From NCBI GenBank assembly GCA_009835395.1, contig VXXM01000071.1, positions 29,396-93,395 on the forward strand: DNA of 64,000 nucleotides. The letters are read 5' to 3'. This DNA comes from Acidimicrobiia bacterium. GTDB taxonomy: Bacteria > Actinomycetota > Acidimicrobiia > Acidimicrobiales > CATQHL01. A program made the translations under genes and the position numbers. The notes below the pieces were generated by a model. The model was not told the DNA's origin. It saw only the letters and a list, made by a program, of their open reading frames with translations, and made no database searches. Of the stretch, positions 25,699 to 34,238 are shown in pieces (the stretch's first letter is position 1; every line of letters starts with the position of its first letter).

Positions 25699-26945
25699 GG
25701 CTGCTCCTGGCGCTCGGCGGCTACGAAGACGATGGGGTAGGAGGAGAAGTGGGGGCGCTTGGTGTGGGGATCCTGCACCGGCGGATTCTCCGGATCGGGT
25801 CGGCCGCCGGCTGCGAGCGTGGCCGTGAGCATCACCGCCACGGTCCCGTAGAGATGATCGTCGTCGCGGATGCCGTCTCCGAGGATCTCCATGCCGCCGT
25901 CCAGTTCGGCACCGATGCAGGCGTGGGCGCCGGCGCCGAAGCTGAGGCCCCATGCGTTGGCGCCCTCGGGCACCGGGCGGTGCGGGTTGAAGACGCCGGC
26001 ATCGGGCCCCCACACCTCGGGGTCGCGGTTCACCGTGGCGAGGTCGATGACGACCCGGCTGCCCTGGGGCAGCACCGTGCCGTCGCGCAGGCTCACGGTG
26101 CGCAGCGGCTCGCGCCACGCCGCCGGGCTCGCCGGGTTGAGGCGCAGCGACTCGTGCACGCAGCGCTGGGCGAAGGCGAGATCGGTGGCTGCCCGGCGGA
26201 GGTCCTCGGGGTGCGCCTCGGCGCGGCGGAAGATCTCGTCCAGGGCGTGGGTGTAGGTGTCGGCGGTGCTGTGGGCCCCGGCCTGCAGATAGAAGCAGAT
26301 CTCCCGCTCGATCACCGCAGTAGAGATCTCGAGAGCCTCCTGGTGGCGGAGCAGCAGCGTCGCCACGTCACGGGGCAGGTCCTCCTCGGCGATCTCACCG
26401 GCGGCCAGGCGGTCCAGGGACTCGCGCCGGCGGTCCAGGGAATCGGTCAGCATCTCCGCCCGGAACGCCTGGAGTTGCTCCCGCACCTCGGTCCGTACCT
26501 GCTCGGGGTCCCGGGTGGAGTGCGCCAGGGTGGCGCCGGCGCTGAAAGTGCGCACGAAGTCCTCCAGCCGCGAGGTGTGAGCCACGTTGGCCGGGTCGTG
26601 GTCCACGCCGGCGATCGTTGCGGTGAGGCTGATGGCGGCCCGGTAGCCGAGTGCCCGCAGGTCGGCTCCCCCGGTCGCCACGTAGGGCGCCATCACCGCC
26701 TCCAGCGTGTCGCCCAGGACCTGGCGCTCCCAGTGGGCGAAGGTCTCCCGGCGGAACAATCGGTTCTCCACTCGCCGCCGGCGTCTGTGGGCCTCGCCGT
26801 GCAGCACCAGCAGGCAGTCCTCCATGATCACCGCGCCCTCGTCGTACATGGCCTGGCAGAGGTCCTTGCTCCGGTACGCCTCGCGGGCCTGCTGCCAGCC
26901 CGTCAGCACGATCGCGTCGCCCCGGCCGGTCAGGGTGCTCCGCAC
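25695..26945 (-). CDS. cytochrome P450 (paralog 2)
   Basis: GTG at 26943-26945, preceded by GGAGG and 1 nt after the meaB stop. Heme loop FGAGAHACIGAELD. Colinear with the 22528-23754 product (shared RRRxENRLFRR, VIDLxTVNRDP, VPEGAxxWGLSFG). Confidence 0.85.
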   Translation of the reverse strand: MRSTLTGRGDAIVLTGWQQAREAYRSKDLCQAMYDEGAVIMEDCLLVLHGEAHRRRRRVENRLFRRETFAHWERQVLGDTLEAVMAPYVATGGADLRALGYRAAISLTATIAGVDHDPANVAHTSRLEDFVRTFSAGATLAHSTRDPEQVRTEVREQLQAFRAEMLTDSLDRRRESLDRLAAGEIAEEDLPRDVATLLLRHQEALEISTAVIEREICFYLQAGAHSTADTYTHALDEIFRRAEAHPEDLRRAATDLAFAQRCVHESLRLNPASPAAWREPLRTVSLRDGTVLPQGSRVVIDLATVNRDPEVWGPDAGVFNPHRPVPEGANAWGLSFGAGAHACIGAELDGGMEILGDGIRDDDHLYGTVAVMLTATLAAGGRPDPENPPVQDPHTKRPHFSSYPIVFVAAERQEQP

Positions 26946-26946
26946 C

Positions 26947-27999
26947 TCAGACCTCCGGCTTGTCGCCGCCGGCGTCAGCGGTCGCGTCCCGCTCGGGGAG
27001 TTCGCCGGCCAGTCGCCGTGCCGCCGCCGACGGCGCCAGTGTTCCCTGTGCCACCTCGGCGAACAGTTGCGCCGCTTCCTGCGACGGCTGTGCCACCAGC
27101 AGATCCACCCAGCGGTGCAGGTGGCGGCGCACTTCCTCGGCAACGTGCCGGGTGCGCCGCTCCGCTCCGGCGCTGGAGGTGCGCAGGTGGTGGCGGTGAT
27201 CCTGCACGTGCTTGAAGAGCTCGTCGGCACCCTCGCCGGTGGTGGCGACCGTCAGCGCCACCGGTGGTCTCCAGCCGGTGCCATGGCCCAGGTCCAGCAT
27301 GTATTCCAGGTCGCGCCGCGCATCGGCGGCCCCTGCTCGGTCGGCCTTGTTGACCACGAAGATGTCGGCCATCTCCAGCAGGCCGGCCTTGTTGGCCTGC
27401 ACGGCGTCGCCCCATCCCGGGCTCACCGCCACGATCGTGGTGTCGGCGGTGCGGGCGATGTCCACCTCGACCTGCCCGATGCCGACGGTCTCCACGATGA
27501 TCAGGTCGTGTCCGGTGGCGTCGAGCAGCCTGACCGCCGCCAGTGCCGCCAGAGCCAGCCCCCCCGACTGGCCGCGGCTCGCCATGGAGCGTACGAAAGG
27601 TCCGCCGGGCGCCGCCGCGCTGCCCATCCGCACCCTGTCGCCGAGGATGGCGCCCCCGGTCAGCGGCGACGAGGGATCCACCGCCAGGATGGCGACCCGC
27701 CGGCCGTCCTCGGCGGCTACCTGCGCCAGGCGGTCGGTGAGGGTGGACTTGCCGACGCCCGGTGCGCCGGTCATGCCCACCACGTGGGCGGCTCCGGCGA
27801 GCGGCCAGGCGGCGACGGCGACGGCGTCGGCGAGCGGCCCGCCCCGCTCGGTGTAGGTCAGCAGCCGCCCGAGCGCCCGCCGGTCGCCGCCGCGGGCACG
27901 CTCGAAAAGGGCCGTGACGTCTCCGGCGGCGACGGCCGAGTCGGCGGGTTGTGCCGCTGGGCGCTCGGGCGTGGGGCTGCCTGGCAGCTCGGTGGTCAC
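26947..27999 (-). CDS. meaB: MeaB/ArgK-type G-protein chaperone for B12 mutases
   Basis: 350 aa. Walker A GAPGVGKST and the VNKAD G4 motif. GTG overlaps the mutase small-subunit stop as GTGA. Confidence 0.85.
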   Translation of the reverse strand: MTTELPGSPTPERPAAQPADSAVAAGDVTALFERARGGDRRALGRLLTYTERGGPLADAVAVAAWPLAGAAHVVGMTGAPGVGKSTLTDRLAQVAAEDGRRVAILAVDPSSPLTGGAILGDRVRMGSAAAPGGPFVRSMASRGQSGGLALAALAAVRLLDATGHDLIIVETVGIGQVEVDIARTADTTIVAVSPGWGDAVQANKAGLLEMADIFVVNKADRAGAADARRDLEYMLDLGHGTGWRPPVALTVATTGEGADELFKHVQDHRHHLRTSSAGAERRTRHVAEEVRRHLHRWVDLLVAQPSQEAAQLFAEVAQGTLAPSAAARRLAGELPERDATADAGGDKPEV

Positions 28000-28448
28000 G
28001 CTCGGGCTGCGGCCGCCGCCCGGACCACCTCAGCCACCTCCGTCGCCGAGGCGCCGGGGCCGAGGACGGCGAACACGCCGGCCTCACTCAGGCGCTCGAG
28101 GTCCATGTCCGGCACGATCCCTCCCACCACGACCGGCACGTCCATACCGGCGGCGCGCACGGCCTCCACCATGCGGGGAGCCAGCGTGAGATGACCGCCG
28201 TTGTGGATCGAGAGGCCGATCACGTCGGCGTCCTCCTGCTCGACGGCGAGCAGGATCGACTCGGTCGTCTGGCGTAGACCCAGGTAGATCACCTCCAGGC
28301 CGGCGTCGCGCAGCATGCGGGCGACCACCTTCAGGCCCCGGTCGTGGCCGTCCAGTCCCAGCTTGGCCAGCACCACCCGGACCGGTTCCGGGCGGTCGGG
28401 GTCGCGTTCGGCCTGCGAGCCCGCCGTGCCGACGGCCGGGCCGGTCAT
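27996..28448 (-). CDS. acyl-CoA mutase small subunit (cobalamin-binding domain)
   Basis: ATG at 28446-28448 overlaps the large-subunit stop as ATGA. Carries the DxHxxG base-off/His-on motif ([11 protein letters not shown]). Confidence 0.85.
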   Translation of the reverse strand: MTGPAVGTAGSQAERDPDRPEPVRVVLAKLGLDGHDRGLKVVARMLRDAGLEVIYLGLRQTTESILLAVEQEDADVIGLSIHNGGHLTLAPRMVEAVRAAGMDVPVVVGGIVPDMDLERLSEAGVFAVLGPGASATEVAEVVRAAAAARA

Positions 28449-30133
28449 ACGACCGCCGGTTCGGTATAGGTGCCGAAGACGCCCTCGAGGGCGTGGACGA
28501 TCTCGCCCTCGGTGGCCGCGACGCGCACGCAGTCGATGATGGGCTCCATGAGGTTGACCGTCGGGTCGGCGGCACCTGCGGCCAGCCTCTCCAGTGCGGC
28601 CACGACGGCCCCGCTGTCGCGCTGCTGCTTCGCCCCGGCCAGGCGCGCCAACTGCTGGTCCTCGACGTCGTCGTCGATGTAGAGGATGGGAGTGTCGCCG
28701 TCGTCGCCCTCGGTGTAGGCGTTGACGCCCACGATGATCCGCCGCCCGGCGTTGACCTCGCGCTCGAAGCGGTAGGCGCTGTCGGCGATCTCGCCCACGA
28801 AGTAGCCGTTGGCGATGCCCTCGTAGACGCCCTCCAGGATCGAGCCCTCGCCGAGCTTGTCGAGATGATCGAACACCTCGGTGGCGCGCCGCTCCATCTC
28901 GTCGGTCATCCACTCCACGTAGGCGGAGCCGCCGAGCGGGTCGGCCACGCTGGGAGCGCCGGTCTCGTGCGCGATCACCTGTTGGGTCCGCAGGGCGATC
29001 CGCGCCGCCTGCTCGGTCGGCAGGGCGAGCGCCTCGTCGTAGCTGTCGGTGTGCAGGCTCTGGGTGCCGCCGAGCACCGCCGCCAGCGCCTGGGTGGCGA
29101 CGCGGGCGATGTTCACCTCGGGTTGCTGGGCGGTGAGCGACACGCCGGCGGTCTGGGTATGGAACCGCAGTTGCAGCGATCGCTCGTTGCGGGCGCCGTA
29201 GCGATCGCGCATCCAGCGCGCCCAGATGCGCCGGGCGGCGCGGTACTTGCCGATCTCCTCGAAGAAGTCGATGTGGCTGTTGAAGAAGAACGACAGGCGC
29301 CCGGCGAAGTCGTCCACGTCCAGTCCGGCGGCCATCGCCGCCTCCACGTAGGCGAAGCCGTTGGCGAGGGTGAAGGCCAGTTCCTGGGCGGCCGTGGAGC
29401 CGGCCTCGCGGATGTGGTAGCCGCTGATGGACACGGGGTGCCAGCGCGGCATCTCGGCGGTGGTGAAGCGGATCAGGTCGGTCACCAGCCGCACCGAGGG
29501 GCGCGGCGGGAAGATGTACTCCTTCTGCGCCTGGTACTCCTTCAGGATGTCGTTCTGGATGGTGCCGCTGAGCAGGCTGCGGTCGGTGCCGCCGCGTTCG
29601 CCGGTCACGATGTACATGGCCATGAGGATGTTGGCGGGGCCGTTGATGGTCATCGACGTGCTCACACCGCCCAGGTCGATGCCGGCGAAGAGGTCCTCCA
29701 TGTCGGCGACCGTGTCGACCGCCACGCCGGCCCGGCCGACCTCGCCGACCGCCCAGGGGTGATCGGAGTCGCGCCCCATGAGCGTGGGCATGTCGAAGGC
29801 CGTCGACAGCCCCGTGCCTCCGGCGTCCAGGAGCCTCTTGAAGCGCAGGTTGGTGTCGGCCGCGGTGCCCATGCCGGCGAAGAGCCGCATCGTCCACAGC
29901 CGTGAGCGGTACATCGAGGGGTAGATGCCTCGCGTGTACGGGAACTGCCCGGGGTAGGGGGGATCCCCATGCACCGCCGCCAGCGGGACACCGGACATGG
30001 TCTCGAAGGTGCCGTCGCGCAGCGGGGCGGCCTCGAAGGCGGTTCGCCACTGCGCTTCGGCCCGGGCGCGTGGCGAGTCCTCGTCGTCGTGCGATTCGGC
30101 TCCGCCGGGGACCGGATTGTCGGGGAGGCTCAT
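28445..30133 (-). CDS. B12-dependent acyl-CoA mutase large (substrate-binding) subunit, isobutyryl-CoA-mutase-like
   Basis: 562 aa, colinear with the methylmalonyl/isobutyryl-CoA mutase TIM-barrel ([26 protein letters not shown]..., [20 protein letters not shown]). Confidence 0.85.
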   Translation of the reverse strand: MSLPDNPVPGGAESHDDEDSPRARAEAQWRTAFEAAPLRDGTFETMSGVPLAAVHGDPPYPGQFPYTRGIYPSMYRSRLWTMRLFAGMGTAADTNLRFKRLLDAGGTGLSTAFDMPTLMGRDSDHPWAVGEVGRAGVAVDTVADMEDLFAGIDLGGVSTSMTINGPANILMAMYIVTGERGGTDRSLLSGTIQNDILKEYQAQKEYIFPPRPSVRLVTDLIRFTTAEMPRWHPVSISGYHIREAGSTAAQELAFTLANGFAYVEAAMAAGLDVDDFAGRLSFFFNSHIDFFEEIGKYRAARRIWARWMRDRYGARNERSLQLRFHTQTAGVSLTAQQPEVNIARVATQALAAVLGGTQSLHTDSYDEALALPTEQAARIALRTQQVIAHETGAPSVADPLGGSAYVEWMTDEMERRATEVFDHLDKLGEGSILEGVYEGIANGYFVGEIADSAYRFEREVNAGRRIIVGVNAYTEGDDGDTPILYIDDDVEDQQLARLAGAKQQRDSGAVVAALERLAAGAADPTVNLMEPIIDCVRVAATEGEIVHALEGVFGTYTEPAVV

Positions 30134-30322
30134 AGTCGGCTCTGTGCCGGGCGGCCCGCCGGGTCGCCCGAGGTGCGCCCAACCGTTCCCGGCACAGTAC
30201 CCGCGGACCGGTTGGACTCACCCTTGGAGAACCTGCGAGGGGAGTGCCCTGCTGTACGGTTTGGTGCTGGCCTACAATCTAGCGCCGATCCGTCAACCCA
30301 ACAGTTGTTTGAGGAGTTGTCA
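30134..30322. promoter_or_regulatory. divergent promoter/operator region between the mutase operon and TetR
   Basis: 189-nt gap between divergent start codons. It contains inverted repeats CTGTGCCGGG (30141-30150) / CCCGGCACAG (30188-30197) and CCAACCG (30179-30185) / CGGTTGG (30209-30215), plus CAACAGTTG near 30293. Confidence 0.5.
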
Positions 30323-30925
30323 ATGGCCGAGGCTGTCACCGACACACCCAGGCCCTCGAAGCGGCGCCGCCAAGAGGTCATCGACGTCGCCGCGCGGATC
30401 TTCCACGAGAAGGGTTACGAGGCAACCTCCATTCAGGAGATCGCCGAGGAAGTGGGGATCCTCAAAGGCAGCCTCTACTACTACATCGACACCAAGGAGG
30501 ATCTTCTCTTCAGTGTCATCAAGGAGGCGTACGACGCCGCTCTCAGCGTCATCGAGCAGTTGGAGCAGCGCGACGGCGATGCGCTCGAACTGATCGAGGC
30601 TCTCCTCCACGGGCATGCCGCGGTGTTCGCCGCCAATTTCGTGCAGTCCTCGGTTTTCTTCAGAGAGTTCCGTGCGCTGTCGGAGGAACGCCAGAAGACG
30701 ATCCGTGCGGCAGGTGACGTCTACATCAGGTTCCTGGTCTCGCAGATCCGCCGCGGCCAGCGCTCCGGGGAGATCAAGTCCGAAGTCAACCCTCGGCTCT
30801 CTGCCATCGGCATCATCGGCATGATGAACTCCATGGCGTTCTGGTATCGCCCCGACGGGCGGGCCAGCGCCGCGCAGATCGGCAGGGAGTTCAGCCGGCT
30901 GGTGATCGGGGGCCTGCGGACCTGA
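30323..30925 (+). CDS. TetR/AcrR family transcriptional regulator (acyl-CoA-responsive FadR/KstR2-like HTH pattern)
   Basis: ATG at 30323 after GAGGAG. The HTH segment ATSIQEIAEEVGILKGSLYYYIDTKEDLL resembles the GxLxGSLY(H/Y)(H/Y)F subgroup. Confidence 0.8.
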   Translation: MAEAVTDTPRPSKRRRQEVIDVAARIFHEKGYEATSIQEIAEEVGILKGSLYYYIDTKEDLLFSVIKEAYDAALSVIEQLEQRDGDALELIEALLHGHAAVFAANFVQSSVFFREFRALSEERQKTIRAAGDVYIRFLVSQIRRGQRSGEIKSEVNPRLSAIGIIGMMNSMAFWYRPDGRASAAQIGREFSRLVIGGLRT

Positions 30926-30949
30926 CGGCGCCCGGCCCCGCCGGTGCGC

Positions 30950-31441
30950 TCAGGCGCCGGCGATGGGTTCGGTGCTGATCGTCACCGAGCGGATCTTGGC
31001 GTCCCCCTTGGGTCGCTCACCGCGCAGTGGCAGCGCCGCGAATGCCGCCACGGCGTCCATGCCGGCGGTGACCTGGCCGAAGATGGTGTAGGCGTGCGGC
31101 AGGTTCACGCTCGCCAGGCAGATGAAGAACTGCGACCCGTTGGTGTTCGGGCCGGCGTTGGCCATCGCCAGAGTGCCCTCCCGGTACTGGCCGCGCCCTT
31201 CGAGTTCGTCGGCGAAACGGTAGCCGGGTCCACCCCTCCCGGTGCCGGTGGGGTCGCCGGCCTGCACCACGAATCCCGGCACGACCCGGTGCACGGGGCA
31301 GCCGTCGTAGTAGCCCTGCTGGGCCAGGAACACGAAGTTGTTCACTGCCAGCGGGGATCGCTCGGCTTGGAGATCGAGTTCGATCCGGCCGCAACTCGTG
31401 TCGAGCGTCGCCGAGTAGCGCAGCGCCGGATCCAGACTCAT
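30950..31441 (-). CDS. peptidyl-prolyl cis-trans isomerase, cyclophilin type
   Basis: ATG at 31439-31441 (MSLDPALRY...). Motifs HRVVPGFVVQAGDPTGTGRGGPGY and NGSQFFI. Confidence 0.85.
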   Translation of the reverse strand: MSLDPALRYSATLDTSCGRIELDLQAERSPLAVNNFVFLAQQGYYDGCPVHRVVPGFVVQAGDPTGTGRGGPGYRFADELEGRGQYREGTLAMANAGPNTNGSQFFICLASVNLPHAYTIFGQVTAGMDAVAAFAALPLRGERPKGDAKIRSVTISTEPIAGA

Positions 31442-31552
31442 GGGTGGGGGTTCTGACCATTGCACGGGGGCGACTCTACCGGGGCAGGGGCCGCGGGCTG
31501 CGGACGGCGTTCGGGGACGGGTTCGGCGGTCGGGGGCGCCTAGTCTGGTTTC

Positions 31553-32917
31553 GTGACGGAGCCGGCTGAGCGGACGCACGAGCCGGCTCGGCGTTCCGGC
31601 GGGGGGCCGTCGGGGCCCCGGCCGGGTCCGGGATCGGACCGGGACCCCGAGACCGGTCGATCCGTCCGGGAGATCCAGCGGCGCACGCTGGGCGTGCTGA
31701 TGGCCACCGTCGCCGTAGGCGGTGCCGGCACGGGAGGGGCGTTCAGTATCGTGGCGGTGCTGGCCGACGAGATCACCGGCAGTGCCACGCTCAGCGGCAT
31801 CGCCGCCGCGGGCATGACCACCGGAGCGGCCCTCACGGCGGTCCCGCTGGCGAAGCTCATGGCTCGCAGCGGCCGGCGGATGGGGTTGCGCTCGGGCTAC
31901 CTCCTGGCTCTCGCCGGTTCGCTGCTGATGCTGCTCTCCACGGTCGTCGACATGTACGCGCTCGTCCTCGTGGGCATGGCGGCCGTCGGCACCGGGAGTG
32001 CCTGCGGCCTCGCCGCCCGGTTCGCGGTCGTCGACCTCGCGCCGCCCGCTGATCGGGCCCGGACCATCGGGCTGCTCGTCGGGGCGACGACGGTGGGTGC
32101 CATCGCCGGGCCGACCCTCGCCACCGGGCCCTTCACGGTGGTCGCCCGAGAGCTTGGTCTGGAAGAACTAGCCGGTCCTTTCATCTTCGCCGCCGTCGTG
32201 TTCTCGATGGCCGTGGTGGTCCTCGACCGGGGCCTGCGGCCCGATCCGCTCCTGGTCGCCCGCCGTCTCGGCGATGGCGCCGAGGTTCCCCGGGGCCGCG
32301 GCGGCCTCCTGAGATCGCTCGCCATCATCGCCCGGCTGCCTCCCGCACGCCTGGCCACGGTCGCCATGATGGTGGGGCAGGGGGTGATGGTGGCGACGAT
32401 GGTCATGACGCCGTTGCACATGACCGACGGCGATCAGAGTCTGCGCGTCATCGGCTTCGTCATCTCCACCCACATCGTGGGCATGTACGCCCTGGCGCCC
32501 GTCGTGGGTTGGGCGACGGGGCGCATCGGGCCGACGCCCATGATCATCCTCGGCGGCGTGATCAGTTTTCTCGGCGCCGAGATCGCGGCCCATACGCCCC
32601 CCGACGTGGCCTGGGGCATGTTCGCGGGCATGTTCGCCGTGGGACTGGGCTGGAACTGCTGCCTCGTGGCGGGGACGGCGCTGTTCACCGCGGCGGTGCC
32701 GACCGGCGATCGCGTGCCGGTGCAGGGCGCCGCGGATCTGCTGATGAGCGCCTCCGGGGGCATCGGGGGCATCGCCGGCGGTGCCGTGGTGGCATGGCAG
32801 GACTTCCAGTTCCTGAGCCACTACAGCGGTCTGTTCGGCGCGGTGCTGGCCGGTGTGGCGCTGCTGGCCTACCTCGGGAACACCCCGGGGGTCTCCCGCC
32901 GGGCGTCGCGGGTCTGA
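31553..32917 (+). CDS. MFS transporter
   Basis: 454 aa with about 12 hydrophobic segments after a charged N-terminal extension. The exact start is uncertain. Confidence 0.7.
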   Translation: MTEPAERTHEPARRSGGGPSGPRPGPGSDRDPETGRSVREIQRRTLGVLMATVAVGGAGTGGAFSIVAVLADEITGSATLSGIAAAGMTTGAALTAVPLAKLMARSGRRMGLRSGYLLALAGSLLMLLSTVVDMYALVLVGMAAVGTGSACGLAARFAVVDLAPPADRARTIGLLVGATTVGAIAGPTLATGPFTVVARELGLEELAGPFIFAAVVFSMAVVVLDRGLRPDPLLVARRLGDGAEVPRGRGGLLRSLAIIARLPPARLATVAMMVGQGVMVATMVMTPLHMTDGDQSLRVIGFVISTHIVGMYALAPVVGWATGRIGPTPMIILGGVISFLGAEIAAHTPPDVAWGMFAGMFAVGLGWNCCLVAGTALFTAAVPTGDRVPVQGAADLLMSASGGIGGIAGGAVVAWQDFQFLSHYSGLFGAVLAGVALLAYLGNTPGVSRRASRV

Positions 32918-32957
32918 CCCCGGAAGGACCAAGCGGGACGCGAGAGGCAGGAAAGGC

Positions 32958-34208
32958 GTGCGGAGATCCGTTCGGGCGTTCGTGCTGGTATCGGTCCTGG
33001 CCACGGCCGCCGCTGCTTGCGGGGAGAGCCCGGCGGAGGATGCGGCGCCGGCCGAGGGTGACGCCGCGCCGGTGGACCTCAGCGCGTTCGACGGCGCGGT
33101 CCGCATCGGGGCGGCGCTCAGCGAGACCGGCAAGTTCGCCGTCGAGGGCCGGGACTCGCGCCAGGGTTACGACACCTGGGTGCGCTGGGTGAACGAGGAG
33201 TACGGCGGCATCCGGATCGGCGAAGGCCGCTACGGCGCCGAGATCGTCTACTACGACGACGAGTCCGACGCTGACACCGCCGCCAACCTGATCCAGAGGC
33301 TCATCGACGAGGACCAGGTGGACTTCCTGCTGGGGCCGTACTCCAGCGGCCTCACCACCGGTACCAGCGCCATCGCCGAGGCAAACAACGTCATCATGGT
33401 GGAGGGCAACGGCACCTCCGACACGATGTTCGAGCGCGGCTTCCAGAACCTGTTCCTGGTCGCCACCGTCGCCAGTGACTACACGAAGTCCGCCGTCGAG
33501 GCGCTGGCGGCGCGGGGCGTCCGGACAGCCGTGATCGCCCATGAGGACACGACGTTCCCGACCAGCGTGGCCGAGGGGGCGCGCCGCCACCTCGAGGCGA
33601 ACGGCATCGAGGTGCTGGCGATCGAGAAGTACCCGAAGGACATCCAGGACGTGTCGGCCATCATGACCAAGTTCCGCAACCTGGGTCCCGACGTGTTCCT
33701 GGGCGGGGGTCACTACAACGACGCCGTGCTGTTCGTGAACGCCGCCGACGAGTTGGGATTCGAGCCCGACGCCATGCTGATCACGGTCGGCCCGTCCAAC
33801 CCCCGGCTGGTGGAGCAACTCGACGACGACGTGGAGGGCGTGCTCGGCCCCACCCAGTGGGAGGCCACCATGGCCTACGAGGGCCACTGGTTCGGCAGCG
33901 CCGCCGACTACGCCGCCTATTACCAGCGGCTCTGGGGCGAGCCGCCGGTCTACCAGGCGGCCAGCGCAACGGCCTCGGCCCTGGCGTTGCACCTGGCCAT
34001 CGAGGCGGCGGGCAGCACCGACACCGACGCAGTGCGCCAGGCGCTGCGGGCGCTGCGGGCGGACACGTTCTACGGGCCGATCGCCTTCGACGAGCGCGGC
34101 GTGAACACCGCCAAGCCCATGGGCACGATCCAGGTGCAGGACGGGGAGATCCTCGTCGTGGCCCCCGACGCGGCCGCCGTGGCCGCGCTGGTCTACCCGC
34201 GCGGCTGA
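32958..34208 (+). CDS. ABC transporter substrate-binding lipoprotein (LivK-type fold)
   Basis: GTG at 32958 (VRRSVRAFVLVSVLATAAAACG; lipobox Cys). Type-I PBP pattern VRIGAALSETGKFAVEG...LLGPYSSG. Confidence 0.8.
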   Translation: MRRSVRAFVLVSVLATAAAACGESPAEDAAPAEGDAAPVDLSAFDGAVRIGAALSETGKFAVEGRDSRQGYDTWVRWVNEEYGGIRIGEGRYGAEIVYYDDESDADTAANLIQRLIDEDQVDFLLGPYSSGLTTGTSAIAEANNVIMVEGNGTSDTMFERGFQNLFLVATVASDYTKSAVEALAARGVRTAVIAHEDTTFPTSVAEGARRHLEANGIEVLAIEKYPKDIQDVSAIMTKFRNLGPDVFLGGGHYNDAVLFVNAADELGFEPDAMLITVGPSNPRLVEQLDDDVEGVLGPTQWEATMAYEGHWFGSAADYAAYYQRLWGEPPVYQAASATASALALHLAIEAAGSTDTDAVRQALRALRADTFYGPIAFDERGVNTAKPMGTIQVQDGEILVVAPDAAAVAALVYPRG

Positions 34209-34238
34209 CGGGGTCGGGGACCCGTCGAGGACGGCACG

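Noticed and set aside
30134-30322. A cobalamin riboswitch upstream of the B12 mutase operon.
   Set aside because: The leader is under 190 nt, is shared with the TetR promoter, and I could not see a B12-box-like conserved core. This was not checked with a covariance model.
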